A stretch of 61,899 nt of DNA from Reclinomonas americana ATCC 50394 (GCA_048213135.1 PS015047.1:36165-98063); one strand, 5' to 3'; counted from the stretch's first letter, positions 24,501 to 35,427 are shown. Program-made: numbers and translations. Notes: generated from the letters alone by a model not told the origin.

Positions 24501-26497
24501 TCGGAATTCACCATCCTGACACCATCACCGGACGACTTAGTTTGGCATCTACACTCCAGTCGCTTGGCAAGTTTGCGGAGGCCGAGAAGATCCAGCGGCG
24601 TGCGGTGACCGACCGCGAGCGGATTCTTGGAGTGGATCATCCCAGCACCATCGTCAGTCGGCACAACTTGGCGTCCACACTCTGCTCACTTGGAAAGTAT
24701 GCCGAGGCCGAGGAGATGCAGCGGCGTGTGGTGGCTGACCGTGAGCGGATTCTTGGAGTCGACCATCCGCACACCATCACCAGTCGCCACAGCCTTGTAT
24801 CGACACTTCGATCACTTGGCAAATTTGCAGAGGCTGAAGAAACGGGACGACGTGCTGTGTTCGACAGTGAGCGGATTCTTGGAGTTGACCATCCGGACAC
24901 CGTCGCAAGTCGTCAACTCTTGGCGTCAATCCTCCAACTGCGCGGCAGGTACACTGAGGCCGAGGTGGTACAGCGGCGTGTGGTGGCCGACTTTGAGAGG
25001 ATTCTCGGAGTCTTCCATCCCGACACCGTCTCAAGTCGTCGACACTTGGCCGAGGCACTCAAGTTACTTGGCAAGTATACTGAGACCGAGGCGATTCTGC
25101 GGCATACGGTGGCTGATTTCCAGCGGATTTTTGAAGTCGATCATCCGCACATCATAACCAGTCAACAAGACTTGGCTTCGATTCTTGAGGCGCATGGCAA
25201 GTATGCCGAGGCCGAGGTGATTCGGCGACGTGTGGTAGCCGACCGCGAGCGGATTCTCGGAGTCGACCATCCAGACACAGTCGCCAGTCGCGAAAACTTG
25301 GCTGCAACACTGTATTTCCTCGGCAAATATGCTGTTGCCGAGAAGATTCAGCGGCGTGTGGTGGCCGACCGGGAGCGGCTTCTTGGAGTCGACCATCCGG
25401 ACGCCATCTCCAGTCGTTGCGACCTTGCAATGATGCTCAATTCGCTAGGCAAGTTTGCTGAGGCCGAGGAGATACAGCAGCGTGTGGTGGCCGAATTTGA
25501 GCGAATAGTTGGAGCCGACCATCCAAACACCATCACCGGACGCCACTGCTTAGCATCGATATTTAGGTCTCGTAGCAAGTACGCGGAGGCCAAAGAGATT
25601 GATCGGCGTGTGGTGGTGGACCGAGAGCGGATTCTTGGAGTCGACCATCCCGACACCATCAATAGTCGCCTCGCCTTGGCGTCGACACTCTGGTCGCTTG
25701 GCAAGCATGCCGAGGCCGAGGAGATTCAGCGACGAGCAGTGGCCGATTATGAGCGGATATTTGGAGTGGACCATCTGCGCACTGTCGACTGTCGCCACGG
25801 CTTGGCATTGACTCTCCGGTCTCTTGGCAAGCATGCCGAGGCCGAGGAGATTGATCGGCGTGTGGTGGTGGACCGAGAGCGGATTCTTGGAGTCGACCAT
25901 CCCGACACCATCGACAGTCGCCTCGCCTTGGCGTTGACACTCTTGTCGATTGGGAAGCATGCCGAGGCCGAGGAGATTCAGCGACGAGCATTGGCCGATT
26001 ATGAGCGGATATTTGGAGTGGACCATCTGCGCACTGCCGACTGTCGCCACGGCTTGGCGTTGACTCTCCGGTCTCTTGGCAAGCATGCCGTGGCCGAGAA
26101 GATTCAGCGACGTGTAGTGGCCGACAATGAGCGGATTCTTGGAGTCGGCCACCAACGTACTATCACCAGTCGCAACAACTTGGCAGCTATATTGCATTCA
26201 TTTGGCAAATATGCCGAAGCTGAGGAGATTCAGCGACGTGTGGTAGTCGACTATGAGCACGTTATTGGAGGCGACCATCCAGACACTCATACGAGTCGCC
26301 GTTTATTGGTGGCAATACTGCGGTCTCTTCGCAAGTACGCTGAAGCTTACGAGATTGAGCAGCGTACACGTGGCCATGAAGGTTGGATTCTTCAACTTGA
26401 CTATCCTGCCACCAACAATATCACTGGCACCAGTCGCCACAGCGTACCGTCGACACTGCAGCCGGGTGATATTCCTATATTCCGCCTCGGGTTGTAA
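20884..26497 (+). CDS. Class-3 lipase (alpha/beta hydrolase) domain + helical linker + 22 x 42-aa TPR repeats (kinesin-light-chain/fungal-NLR type)
   Basis: Exon 1 is 20884-20940 (MLQRLLSWGGRVLLGVGGL), exon 2 is 21059-21502, exon 3 is 21651-22013 (INLCIAGT..., VSIHGHSLGSAI with GxSxG at 21990-22004) and exon 4 is 22071-~22464 (YLFATIP, NSGDIVV, QHAIVHF). Short linker exons span 22531-~23394, followed by a 3.0-kb terminal exon 23496-26497 of LGVDHPDT..LA..L..LGKY.EAE repeats. The lipase-to-TPR linkage is inferred; one linker splice (~23100-23320) could not be resolved. Confidence 0.75.
23618..26389 (+). repeat. 126-bp coding tandem repeat array (22 TPR units), including a recent 252-bp duplication (25595-25846 / 25847-26098)
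   Basis: The LGVDHPxT period of 42 aa was counted 22 times. Units 17-18 and 19-20 are nearly identical at the DNA level. Confidence 0.93.
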
Positions 26498-26559
26498 TAG
26501 TTGATATAGATCTCGATTGCAACAGACACATACATCTACGTGGAGAAAAAATTATAGAT

Positions 26560-29480
26560 ACTGATCATATCAAGAAGAACAGTGGGGCATTGGGAAACTG
26601 TTACTTCTTGGTTCTCACCGCCACCATGTCAGCAGCTTGCACTCCGGCCTGACCCGGTTGTGCACGTGGTGTACAGACTACAACCCATACCCATACAGCG
26701 TTGGACAAACATCGAGTAACTTGTACGAAAGCTTGCACAACCCATACCCATACAGCGTTGGACAAACATCGAGTAACGTGTACGAAAGCTTGTCGTGCAA
26801 AGGCGAGAGATGCACTGTCGGACGTTGCGCACTCCGATACAACGCAGGCCAGTCGACACCAACGTTGGAGCCGTACCAATCGAGGTCACAGGGAGCACCA
26901 CCAGCTCGACCTTGGCCTGATCGCCGACCTTCTGCTTGATGGCCTTGACCAACGAACGACTCGTACTTGGCCTTCTTGCCGTTGACAGCAGACTTGACCG
27001 AGTCTTCCTTGGCGAAGGGGCACGTCAACTCCACCACCTGGACCAAGCCGATCTCACCAGTCCCCTCTCTGGTATGAACCAGGTGAGGTCCGGCTTGAGC
27101 CTGGCCAAGTTGGCGTGGTTGGCAATGTCCACCGGCACTGGCAGCAAGTCGGCGTCGACACGCTCGCGCACCAGCTGGCACGCCACACCGTCCACCTTGG
27201 GGCGCCGCACCAGAGCCGCATGAAGGACGTCAAGCACGTTGTCGTGGCGCGTCGTCCACAAGCCCTTCAGCTTTTCACAGCCGTTGATCATGAGCAAGTG
27301 ACCGAGCGACTCCGACTCCTTTCCACAGAGCGGGCACAGCGATCGCGAGGCAGGGCCACCAGCGTTGCCGATGAAGACCGCCGCCTTGTTGTTGAGCATG
27401 ACAGACTTGGTCCNNNNNNNNNNNNNNNNNNNNNNNNNNNNNNNNNNNNNNNNNNNNNNNNNNNNNNNNNNNNNNNNNNNNNNNNNNNNNNNNNNNNNNN
27501 NNNNNNNNNNNNNNNNNNNNNNNNNNNNNNNNNNNNNNNNNNNNNNNNNNNNNNNNNNNNNNNNNTGACACCCAACTTCAGAGCGTGCCCGAGAGCAACA
27601 CCCATCAGATTGGAGCGAACAGCGCGGCGAGGAGCATTCGGATCAGTGGCCACTTGAAACCGAGTACCTGCACCAGGAGCAACCGCAGCAGCACCAGCCT
27701 GAGGAGCAACAGGAGACAAACACACAGAGAAATACCGCTGTGGCGTGGCAACTGGCAGCTGCTGGCGATTAACGTCTGTGACCTCGTTCGTCTGCCGGTA
27801 CTTGGCCACCTAACCAGCAGTCGGCAACGGCGAGAAGTCGTCAACACGACCACCGGCCGCCTTCACCGAGCAGTGGAGCATGCAGGCTCCGCCACACGGC
27901 GAGTCAGCGGTCGGCGGTGTGTCAACAGCTTCACCGCCGAGTTGATCAACAGAGAGGCCGCTCGCTCCACCACAGAGCACAGGCCGAGACCACCTATCGA
28001 CAGCGGAGTGTAGAGGAAGGGTGTGCCGGAGTCGTTGCCGAGGCCAAGGCAGAGTCGGATGTTGTCGCGGATCTTGCGGTCGAATCTGCCGAGCGCGTCC
28101 GGCTGAAGCTCCACTGCCGAAATGACAAAGGTGGCCTTGGTGAGGACGAAGCGGCGAACGGCATCCACATTCCGGAGCGGCAACAACGACGACTGCTTGA
28201 TGGCGTGAAGAGCTGCTTCTCCAGCATCTCCGCCACTTGCTTCTTCGCCTCACTTGTACGAGTCGGTGAGTAGAACGGGTAGCCAAGCCAACGATCGCAC
28301 TCAGTGATAGATGACATGGATCGCAACGCAGTGCCAGCCATCAGCAGCTCGGGATCGAACTCCTCCGCCACAAAGTTCTGCGCCTGCAATGGACCAGTCG
28401 GCTTGTTCCGAGCACGCAGAGCCAACACCAATGACTTCTGCGGGTTGTCGGCAATGCCAGCTGCAGACCACTCGGCCAAAACGCTTGGACAGATCCAGGA
28501 CCAGCTGCGCCTCACGAACAGAAGACACCACCACTTNNNNNNNNNNNNNNNNNNNNNNNNNNNNNNNNNNNNNNNNNNNNNNNNNNNNNGTTTTGTGTTT
28601 TCAGCCACCATGTCAACCCAGCCCATTACCTCAGTGTCGCCCTTGCGGTCGGCAAAGTACTGGAAGACCTCGTACGGCACGCCATCCAAGCCAGTCGCCA
28701 CCGCCTTGTGGAGCGACTTCAGCAGTTTCTGAGCATTCGACACAGTGACCATTGGGGTGTTGCAGAGTGGAGACTCTTGGGCGGCCAAGGTGTGTTGAAC
28801 GTCAGGCATGCGGAAGTCGGCCTCGCTGTCGATGCCGAGATCTTGAAGGTCGGGCCAGTCAGTCGGTGGGTTGTCGACCGCGGCCGTAAGTTGCTGGTAG
28901 AAAGACACAGAGTCGTCGGCCGAGCCAGAGAAGCGGATGTTGGCGCACTTGCCACGCTCGGCCTCGAACTCGTTGTTGACACGCTGGAAAGCCTTGTTGG
29001 CATTGACACGGTAAAGGTGCTGCAGGCGGCTGGAGTTGAGGGCAGCGCGAGTTGCATCAGCCTTCTTCTTTGCCGCACTGTGAAGACACAAGGCCTTGTT
29101 GAGCGCAACAAGCAGACGACTACGAATAGTACTGTAGCTGCCACTCCAGACAGCGCCGGTCGAGGGGACCAACGTCTTGGGAGGCGGTCGACAGCAGCTT
29201 GCCAGTCTTTCGACACGGAAGCACGCAGAGAGCCGGAGCGGAGGCCAGAGGCGACAGCAGGGGGCGCCACCTTGTCAGCCGGCTTAGCCGCTGGCGACTC
29301 GTGGTGGTGCTTCTGGAACAAGCGGAGGAGGGAGCGAACGATGACCAGGTGTTGCTGGGTGGTGCACTCTTCGCGGATGCGACGAGGACGAGAGCCGCCG
29401 GCAGCGCCAGGCTCCTGCTGACGACGGGCAGCCGACTCCGCAGCAGCAGCACACGCTGCAGGGGCCATCAAGCGACCGAT
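26560..29480 (-). mobile_element. Degenerate non-LTR retrotransposon of the RLE (R2/NeSL/HERO-like) type, frameshifted and probably 5'-truncated
   Basis: Minus-strand fragments: LQHLYRVNANKAFQRV and ATGLDGVPY (RT N-terminal extension/domain 0); VVVSSVREAQLVLD, NPQKS and RWLGY (RT C-terminal part); LYTPLSIGGLGL (thumb); CPLCGKESESLGHLLMINGC zinc knuckle; TRHDNVL; LKPDL..VELTCPF..KKAKY restriction-like endonuclease. The RT core lies in or across N gaps, several frame switches are needed, and the ends are approximate. Confidence 0.88.
26680..26792. repeat. 57-bp tandem duplication at the 3' end of the retroelement ORF
   Basis: ACAACCCATACCCATACAGCGTTGGACAAACATCGAGTAAC(T/G)TGTACGAAAGCTTG occurs at 26680 and again at 26737. 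Confidence 0.95.
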
Positions 29481-29483
29481 ATA

Positions 29484-30845
29484 TGTTGAAGACCGCACGC
29501 CCTGCGCGTGAGACTCTCGTATTCTTTGATCACGCTGTCGAGGTCCCAACCCTCGAGAAGCGTGGTCATGCTGTGTCTCTTTCTTGCAAGCGACACGCGG
29601 CTTGTTGCGAAATACATAGGGAGACAAATGTATCCGAAAGCCCGACCGTTACTCCATTTTTCTCCGCAACAACATCAGCAAGCCCAATTTTTTTTTGCGC
29701 GAAACATGATCTCCGGGGCTGTTCGGACAGGTCTGTCAACTCCGTTTCCCGCACAAAAATCGCATCAGTGTGACAGATTCATTTCTTGCGTGACATGTCG
29801 CGAAAAATCTGTGAACACCTTCCCAGAAAAATAACCGCCGTCGTTCCTGACCACTGGCGCACACAGAACTACTCAGCAGCAACCCGCCGACACACTGTGA
29901 CCCTCGACACAGCCTCCACACATGTCAAACGATCTGTCACTGTGTGTCATTGACATCATCTCGATGTGATTGATTGCCAGAAAATTGATAGTGATGGATG
30001 ACCGCACACTCCTCGGCGCCACCGACGACCGCTTTGTTGCCACTGCAGCGGGGATGGTTGCCCTGTGTCCCCACGTCATGAGGATATGTGTTTCACAAAG
30101 AGGCGACGAGTGATGTGGTCGGTGAGAGTGCGCGACACTGACGTTGCTGAAATCATGGTCGTCTGTGTGACTGCGACCGTGGATGACCGCCAAATCATCG
30201 TCTTTGACTGGCCACGTATCAGAAGTGATCTCAGTACCACTAGGAACCGTTGGGCTCACGTGCACACTCCAGAGATCAAACGATCACCCTCTCGATGCAA
30301 ACAAATCGCAGGCACACGATTTTTGGGACACTTTTTTTTCGTAAAATCTGGTTTTTTTTCTCTGCAAATCCGATCCGGAAGAGACTCGAGCCTCTTTGGC
30401 TGAAGGAAGTACCTGGCAAACGCTCTGCAATGACGTGCTCGCTGGGTCTGGCAAGTTAACGGGAAAGGAGTTCTCGAATTTCTTGATTTTCGGATACATA
30501 TGTCTCCCTATGTATGCACCTTGGGACACGTGGAAGTCAATGCGTTGTGAGTGAGAGACGACTCTGGAGCGTTGGTGTGAATCGGCTTATGCTGTGTTGG
30601 TGGGAATGGTATGTGCTATCTTTTCTCTCTCTCCTTGAGTTGCTCACCGTCCAGTGAAGAGTGTGAAGTGCGCGTCTGCGGGACAAGTACGTGTTCGATC
30701 GCGACACGTGCACTGAGGGGCCCTCGACACTCGATTTATTTCTCTCTGTGAGCGCTGAGTGTGTGCACACACATGCTGCAGCGTCTGCGTACTTGGGGCG
30801 GCAGAGCCCTGCTCGTTGTGGGTGGACTGGTGGACCGTGGTGAGC
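29484..30845 (+). repeat. Diverged direct duplicate of ~20525-20945 (inferred E3 exon 1, shared promoter, lipase-TPR exon 1), interrupted by a MITE
   Basis: 29510-29570 is identical to 20547-20607 (61 nt). After the insert, GCACCTTGGGACACGTGGAAGTCAATGCG... aligns to 20653 onward, and ATGCTGCAGCGTCTG at 30773 matches ATGTTGCAGCGTCTG at 20884. Confidence 0.92.
29615..30512. mobile_element. 898-bp non-autonomous TIR DNA transposon (MITE-like; the TA target duplication suggests the Tc1/mariner superfamily)
   Basis: 25-bp TIRs CATAGGGAGACAAATGTATCCGAAA (29615-29639) and TTTCGGATACATATGTCTCCCTATG (30488-30512) with 1 mismatch; TA at 29613-29614 and 30513-30514. The insert is absent from the paralogous site at ~20650, and no transposase ORF is visible. 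Confidence 0.9.
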
Positions 30846-31055
30846 TCTCGTGCACGCGAACCTGTCGTGTATTCCACTGTTTCATTTTCCGATTTATTGT
30901 CATTCACCACATTAATATTTCGATAATGCGAACAAATGTACAACCGTTGACAGTTGCATGATCTTGTTCGTCATGCTCGACAAGTCTGGCCGGCGTGACG
31001 AGGCCGAGGAGATGTAACAGCGCGCAATGACCGATCTTGGCGTGTCAGCACGTTG
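30773..31055 (+). pseudogene. Remnant of a paralog of the lipase-TPR gene
   Basis: Exon-1 copy MLQRLRTWGGRALLVVGGLV, then a TPR-like fragment MLDKSGRRDEAEEM*QRAMTDLG with in-frame stops at ~30973-31055. Confidence 0.6.
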
Positions 31056-31340
31056 AGATGACGATTTGCATGCCTTCTCCAGTTTCTGGTGCTCACTCAA
31101 GATGGTGATTATCATGCAGCTGTGTTGCTGTTTGGATTAGCAAAGTTGTTGTTGTTGTTGTTGAACCCCATCTACGGAAACCGAAAAAGCGCAACGTCCG
31201 TTTTCCGTTTTTTCCCTCAAAAATTACCATTCCTCCCTCAAATTTCTTTTCCACACACGCAACGCGCCAGCACCACACCCACCCACAGCACGGCACTCCC
31301 TGGCGGCCGCTTGCTCCCCACCCCACACCCCACACACCCC

Positions 31341-31886
31341 ATGTCGTCCTTTTTCTTCTTCTCCCGCCTGCAAAAGGCGGCCGTAGAGAGTGCGTTTCCT
31401 CCCAGAAAACGCACTTGGCACTTGCCCGCACTCCGCGTTGCCTTTTTCGCCGTCGCGACGCTCGTCATCGTCCTCCAGCCGACGACGGCAAACGCACAGT
31501 GCCTCGGCACGTCGTTCACCTGCTCCACGTGTGAGGTTCGCCAGCACCGAGAGTGACGCCCTTTTTTTTTTCGTTTCCACCAACGCGTGCCTGCCTCCTT
31601 TTCGTACAGGCTTTTTGCAAGGCATCGTGTCAACCGGCGGGCTACGTGTTCCGCTGCCAAGTGAGCTCCACCAGCTCCTCGTTCCTCGACTACGACTGCG
31701 GATGCACCAACGGCACGGGCTCGTCGGGCTCCTCCTCCTCTTCGTCGTCGTCATCATCGTCGTCGTCGTCGACGTCCGGCAGCTCGTCGGGCCTCCCCGT
31801 GTGGGCCATAGGCGTCATTGGCGCCGTCGGTGCCCTGCTCATCATCGGCATTGTGGTCACCATTCTCGTGTCGGTGCGCCGCACTC
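31341..31886 (+). CDS. Small type-I membrane protein: signal-like segment, 8-Cys ectodomain, poly-Ser stalk, TM helix (C-terminus in the N gap)
   Basis: Exon 31341-31535 (..VAFFAVATLVIVLQPTTANA QCLGTSFTCSTCE), intron 31536-31609, then an exon reading AFCKASCQPAGYVFRCQV..DYDCGCTNGT, a Ser run, and GLPVWAIGVIGAVGALLIIGIVVTILVSV-RR. Confidence 0.75.
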
Positions 31887-32134
31887 NNNNNNNNNNNNNN
31901 NNNNNNNNNNNNNNNNNNNNNNNNNNNNNNNNNNNNNNNNNNNNNNNNNNNNNNNNNNNNNNNNNNNNNNNNNNNNNNNNNNNNNNNNNNNNNNNNNNNN
32001 NNNNNNNNNNNNNNNNNNNNNNNNNNNNNNNNNNNNGGGGCATGGAAATTGTGTAACGAAGAAAAAGAAAAAAAGCAGAAAAGAAGAAAAAAAAAACGCT
32101 GCGAGTAATTAAAATCACGTATGCACTGTTTATG

Positions 32135-33594
32135 TTATTCCGGCAGCGCCTGCTGCAGAAGCGACCACTGCGACAAGCAAGAAGATATCAGTAAAGTGGA
32201 CGTGACTGAATTGCAAGACACACAGAGACGCACCAATGCATCGCCAAATTGCTTCTCGCCCCACGCAAGACTGCGACTGCGTGCCTCGCGCGCAACTCTT
32301 TGTCGCTCCTCGGCGTCCTCCAGTGCACGCTGTGTGGCGGCCACGGCATCGTCGACCGAACGCATGTCGGCATGAAACGCAGCGCCGGCGCCCAGCAAAT
32401 CCACGGCTCCAATCTGCCCGCCGCTGTCGCAAATGGTGGGCACGCCAAACGCCGCGCTCTCCACAATCGTCAGGCCCCACGGCTCGTACGTGGTGGGGTG
32501 GAAGTTGAGGCACGTCTGGCGATAGAGGGTGGCCAGCGCATCGGGCGTCACGTGCCCGAGTATCGTGCACTCGTCGTCGCCGGGAAAGGCCGCACGCAGG
32601 CACTCGATCACTCGTCGCCCGTAGTCGGCGTCGGAGACGGAGCCGACAAGGACCGGTCGAATGCCCCGTTGGCGCAAGAACGGCGCCATGGCGGCACACA
32701 CTTCGGCAAACACCAGCGTGTTCTTCTCCGGACTCAGCCGACAGCAACACAACAAGAACTGTTGCGGCTCCTCCTGCGGCCGCTCCTCCTGCGGCTTCAC
32801 TGCCAGCTCCTGAATGTGCGACGCCAGCGGCGGTCCCAACACATGCACCGGCACCGCACACACTCTGTCGCCCTCCTCGTCTCCAGCTTTCCCGCGACTC
32901 GCCAAGTGCGCCTCCAGTCCGCGCCGCACCGCTCGCGCATCCACACTCGACAGGCACACCACGCAGTGCGACAACTCGCACGCCTCCCACAGCCGCTCCA
33001 CGTAAAACGCCGCATCGTCGGGCGAGTTGGAGGGGTTGGCCGAGTACTCGCGAAACGGGAAGAACACGAAACGCACCGTCGACGGCAGCGACGAGCGGAG
33101 CGCCGAGAAGGCCGGTGCCGATGTCCAGTCCACGCCAATGACGAGGGAGGGCGAAAAGTCGGCGAGGCGTTGGGAGTGGGTGGTGGGGAGGGACTGGGAA
33201 AGGGAAAGGCATTAGGAAGGGAGAATGCAGAGGGATAAGCATTGCTCAACATCATCTTTCTCTCTTTGTATCCACCACCTCCGGCAAGCCATCATTAACT
33301 TCCACGCAGACTCCCTATCCAACCGCCTCCACACCGACACCGCCACACTCCACACTCTCACCACCACCTCTCCACGCTCATCCAGCACCTCCATTCGCCC
33401 ATCACCACCACCACANNNNNNNNNNNNNNNNNNNNACCACCACAGTCATCCTTGTCTCCACTTCTCGCACAGACCACCGTCACCTCATTGCCCGCACGCG
33501 TCACCAGTGAATGCACCATCGATCGCCCATACGTTCCATTGCCGGAAAACAGCGGCGCGATAAACTCCAACGTGAGAAACACAATGCGCGTCAT
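32135..33594 (-). CDS. GT-B fold glycosyltransferase, family 4 (Glycos_transf_1-like)
   Basis: N-terminal MTRIVFLTLEFIAPLFSGNGTYGRSMVHSL; CRLSPEKN; NFHPTTYEPWGLTIVESAAFGVPTI (ExxG-x-E motif). Multi-exon. Confidence 0.85.
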
Positions 33595-33663
33595 CCGCGG
33601 AGGTTTGCAATGAAAAAGGCGCGCGTTTGTTGACTGGTGTGAGCTGTCAATCAACAGAGAAGA

Positions 33664-35395
33664 ATGGGTGTGCGGTGGCAGCAGTTCGCTGCGCTCATGC
33701 GCAAGAACTTTACGTTGCAGGTGCGGGCATGTGTGTCTTCAGAAACTCACTGTTGCAAAGTATTTGGTCACACTCTTTGTTGCTCACACACTTTGCACAC
33801 TCCTATACACGCAAGTGCACACTCTTTCACACAATCGCTCACTGTTGCACACTTTACGCACACTTACACACGCTTTGTGCACACAAACACTCACAGTTGC
33901 ACACTTTGCACTCTTCCACACACTATAACACACAAGTGCGCACTCTGTCACACACTTACACACACAAGCACTCATTGTTGCACTCTTACACACACTTACA
34001 CACACTTTGCACACGCTTTCACACATAAACACTCATTGTCACACACTTTTCGCACACTTTTGCACACTTTGCACTCTTTTACACACAAGCGCACACTCTT
34101 TCACACACTATTGCACATAAACACTCACTGTCACACACTTACACACACCTACACACACTTTGCACACACTTCTGCACACAAGTAGCACACTTTGCACACT
34201 CCACTCACTAATGCACACTCTTTTCACACTCTTTTCCCTCACTCTCTCTTCTTGTGTCACAGCTCCGACAAAAGTGGCTTGTCGGCCTCCAACTTGTGTT
34301 TCCCGTGCTTCTGGTGCTCTTTGTCGGGCTTTTACAGGTGATTATTGATCGGAGGAGCCCTGATGATGTTTTTATGTTTTCTCCACTGATGAACTCCGCT
34401 TGTTATTGTGTGCTATGCAGCTTTTCGTCAACAACTTTACGTTTGAGCTCGGCTCCAATCAGTTCAACAATGCGACCATTCCGCTTGCTGGGCCGCTCTT
34501 CACGGTGCCCTTCCACACGAACCAGAGGTGATGTTGTTCATTGTGTCTATCTCTTCTCTCATCTCACTCTCTCCTCTTTCTCGATCTCTCTATTGGTTTC
34601 CCTTTCTCTGCTCTCAGTCTCCAGATCTCTCTTTCTCTCTCAGTGGCACTCTCTCCGCTGTGTCTCTCTCAGTCTCCCTCTCTCATTGCTTTCTCTTTCT
34701 CTCCTTTCAGACTCTTTCTCTCTGTCTTCTGTTTGTCTTCTATATAAGTCTTTCTCAGTGCCTCTCAGTCTCTCTCCGTCGTTTCGCTTTCATTCTCCTA
34801 GTCCCTCTCTGTCTCTCAGTCTCTCTCTCAGGCTCTTTTCTTCTCCCAGTCTCTCTCGGACTCTTTCTCATTTCTCTTTCTGCCGATCTTTCTCAGCCTT
34901 CTCCTTATCTGCCTTCCTGCGTTGCTACGTCGTTGACTGAATCGCCTTCCGCTCTGTCGCAGCCTGGCCTTCAACAAGGTCTGGTTCACCACCGATGCGG
35001 CCTCCAAGGACCAAGCTGGCCGTCTCACGGCCACTGGCGATCGTGACGGTTTGTGATTACCTTTGTGACTCTCTCGCTCTTTCCGCGGTCTTCTTTCTTG
35101 GCTCTCTCGCTCATTCCCTCGCTCTCTCTCTCTCTCTCTCTCTGCTCTTGTACACTTCTCTTCCCACTCTCTTGCCGTTACTCTCTCGCTCTCTGCCTTC
35201 TCTACCCATCTTTCTCTGCCCTTCTCCCGCTCCAACTGTTCGCACTGGCTTCTGCCTGTCTTGTGCTCTTTCCACACACTCGCACACTTCTCATNNNNNN
35301 NNNNNNNNNNNNNNGGGAGAAGAAGGGAGGGGATTACGTGTGTGGGAGTGAAGATGGGAGAAAAGAAGGCACGCCGGAAGAGAGTGGAGAGAGGA

Positions 35396-35427
<32 letters not shown>

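Noticed and set aside
23618-26389. CRISPR-like array or TALE-like DNA-binding repeats
   Set aside because: The period is 126 bp in an open frame encoding 42-aa TPRs, with no unique spacers, no cas genes and no 34-aa TALE consensus.
26503-29483. GATATA target-site duplication around the retroelement
   Set aside because: The match is only 6 bp in AT-rich sequence and the element ends are not defined, so it could be chance.
29640-30487. Transposase ORF within the TIR element
   Set aside because: Only short ORFs (130 aa or less) are present, with no DDE/D or HTH motifs recognisable.
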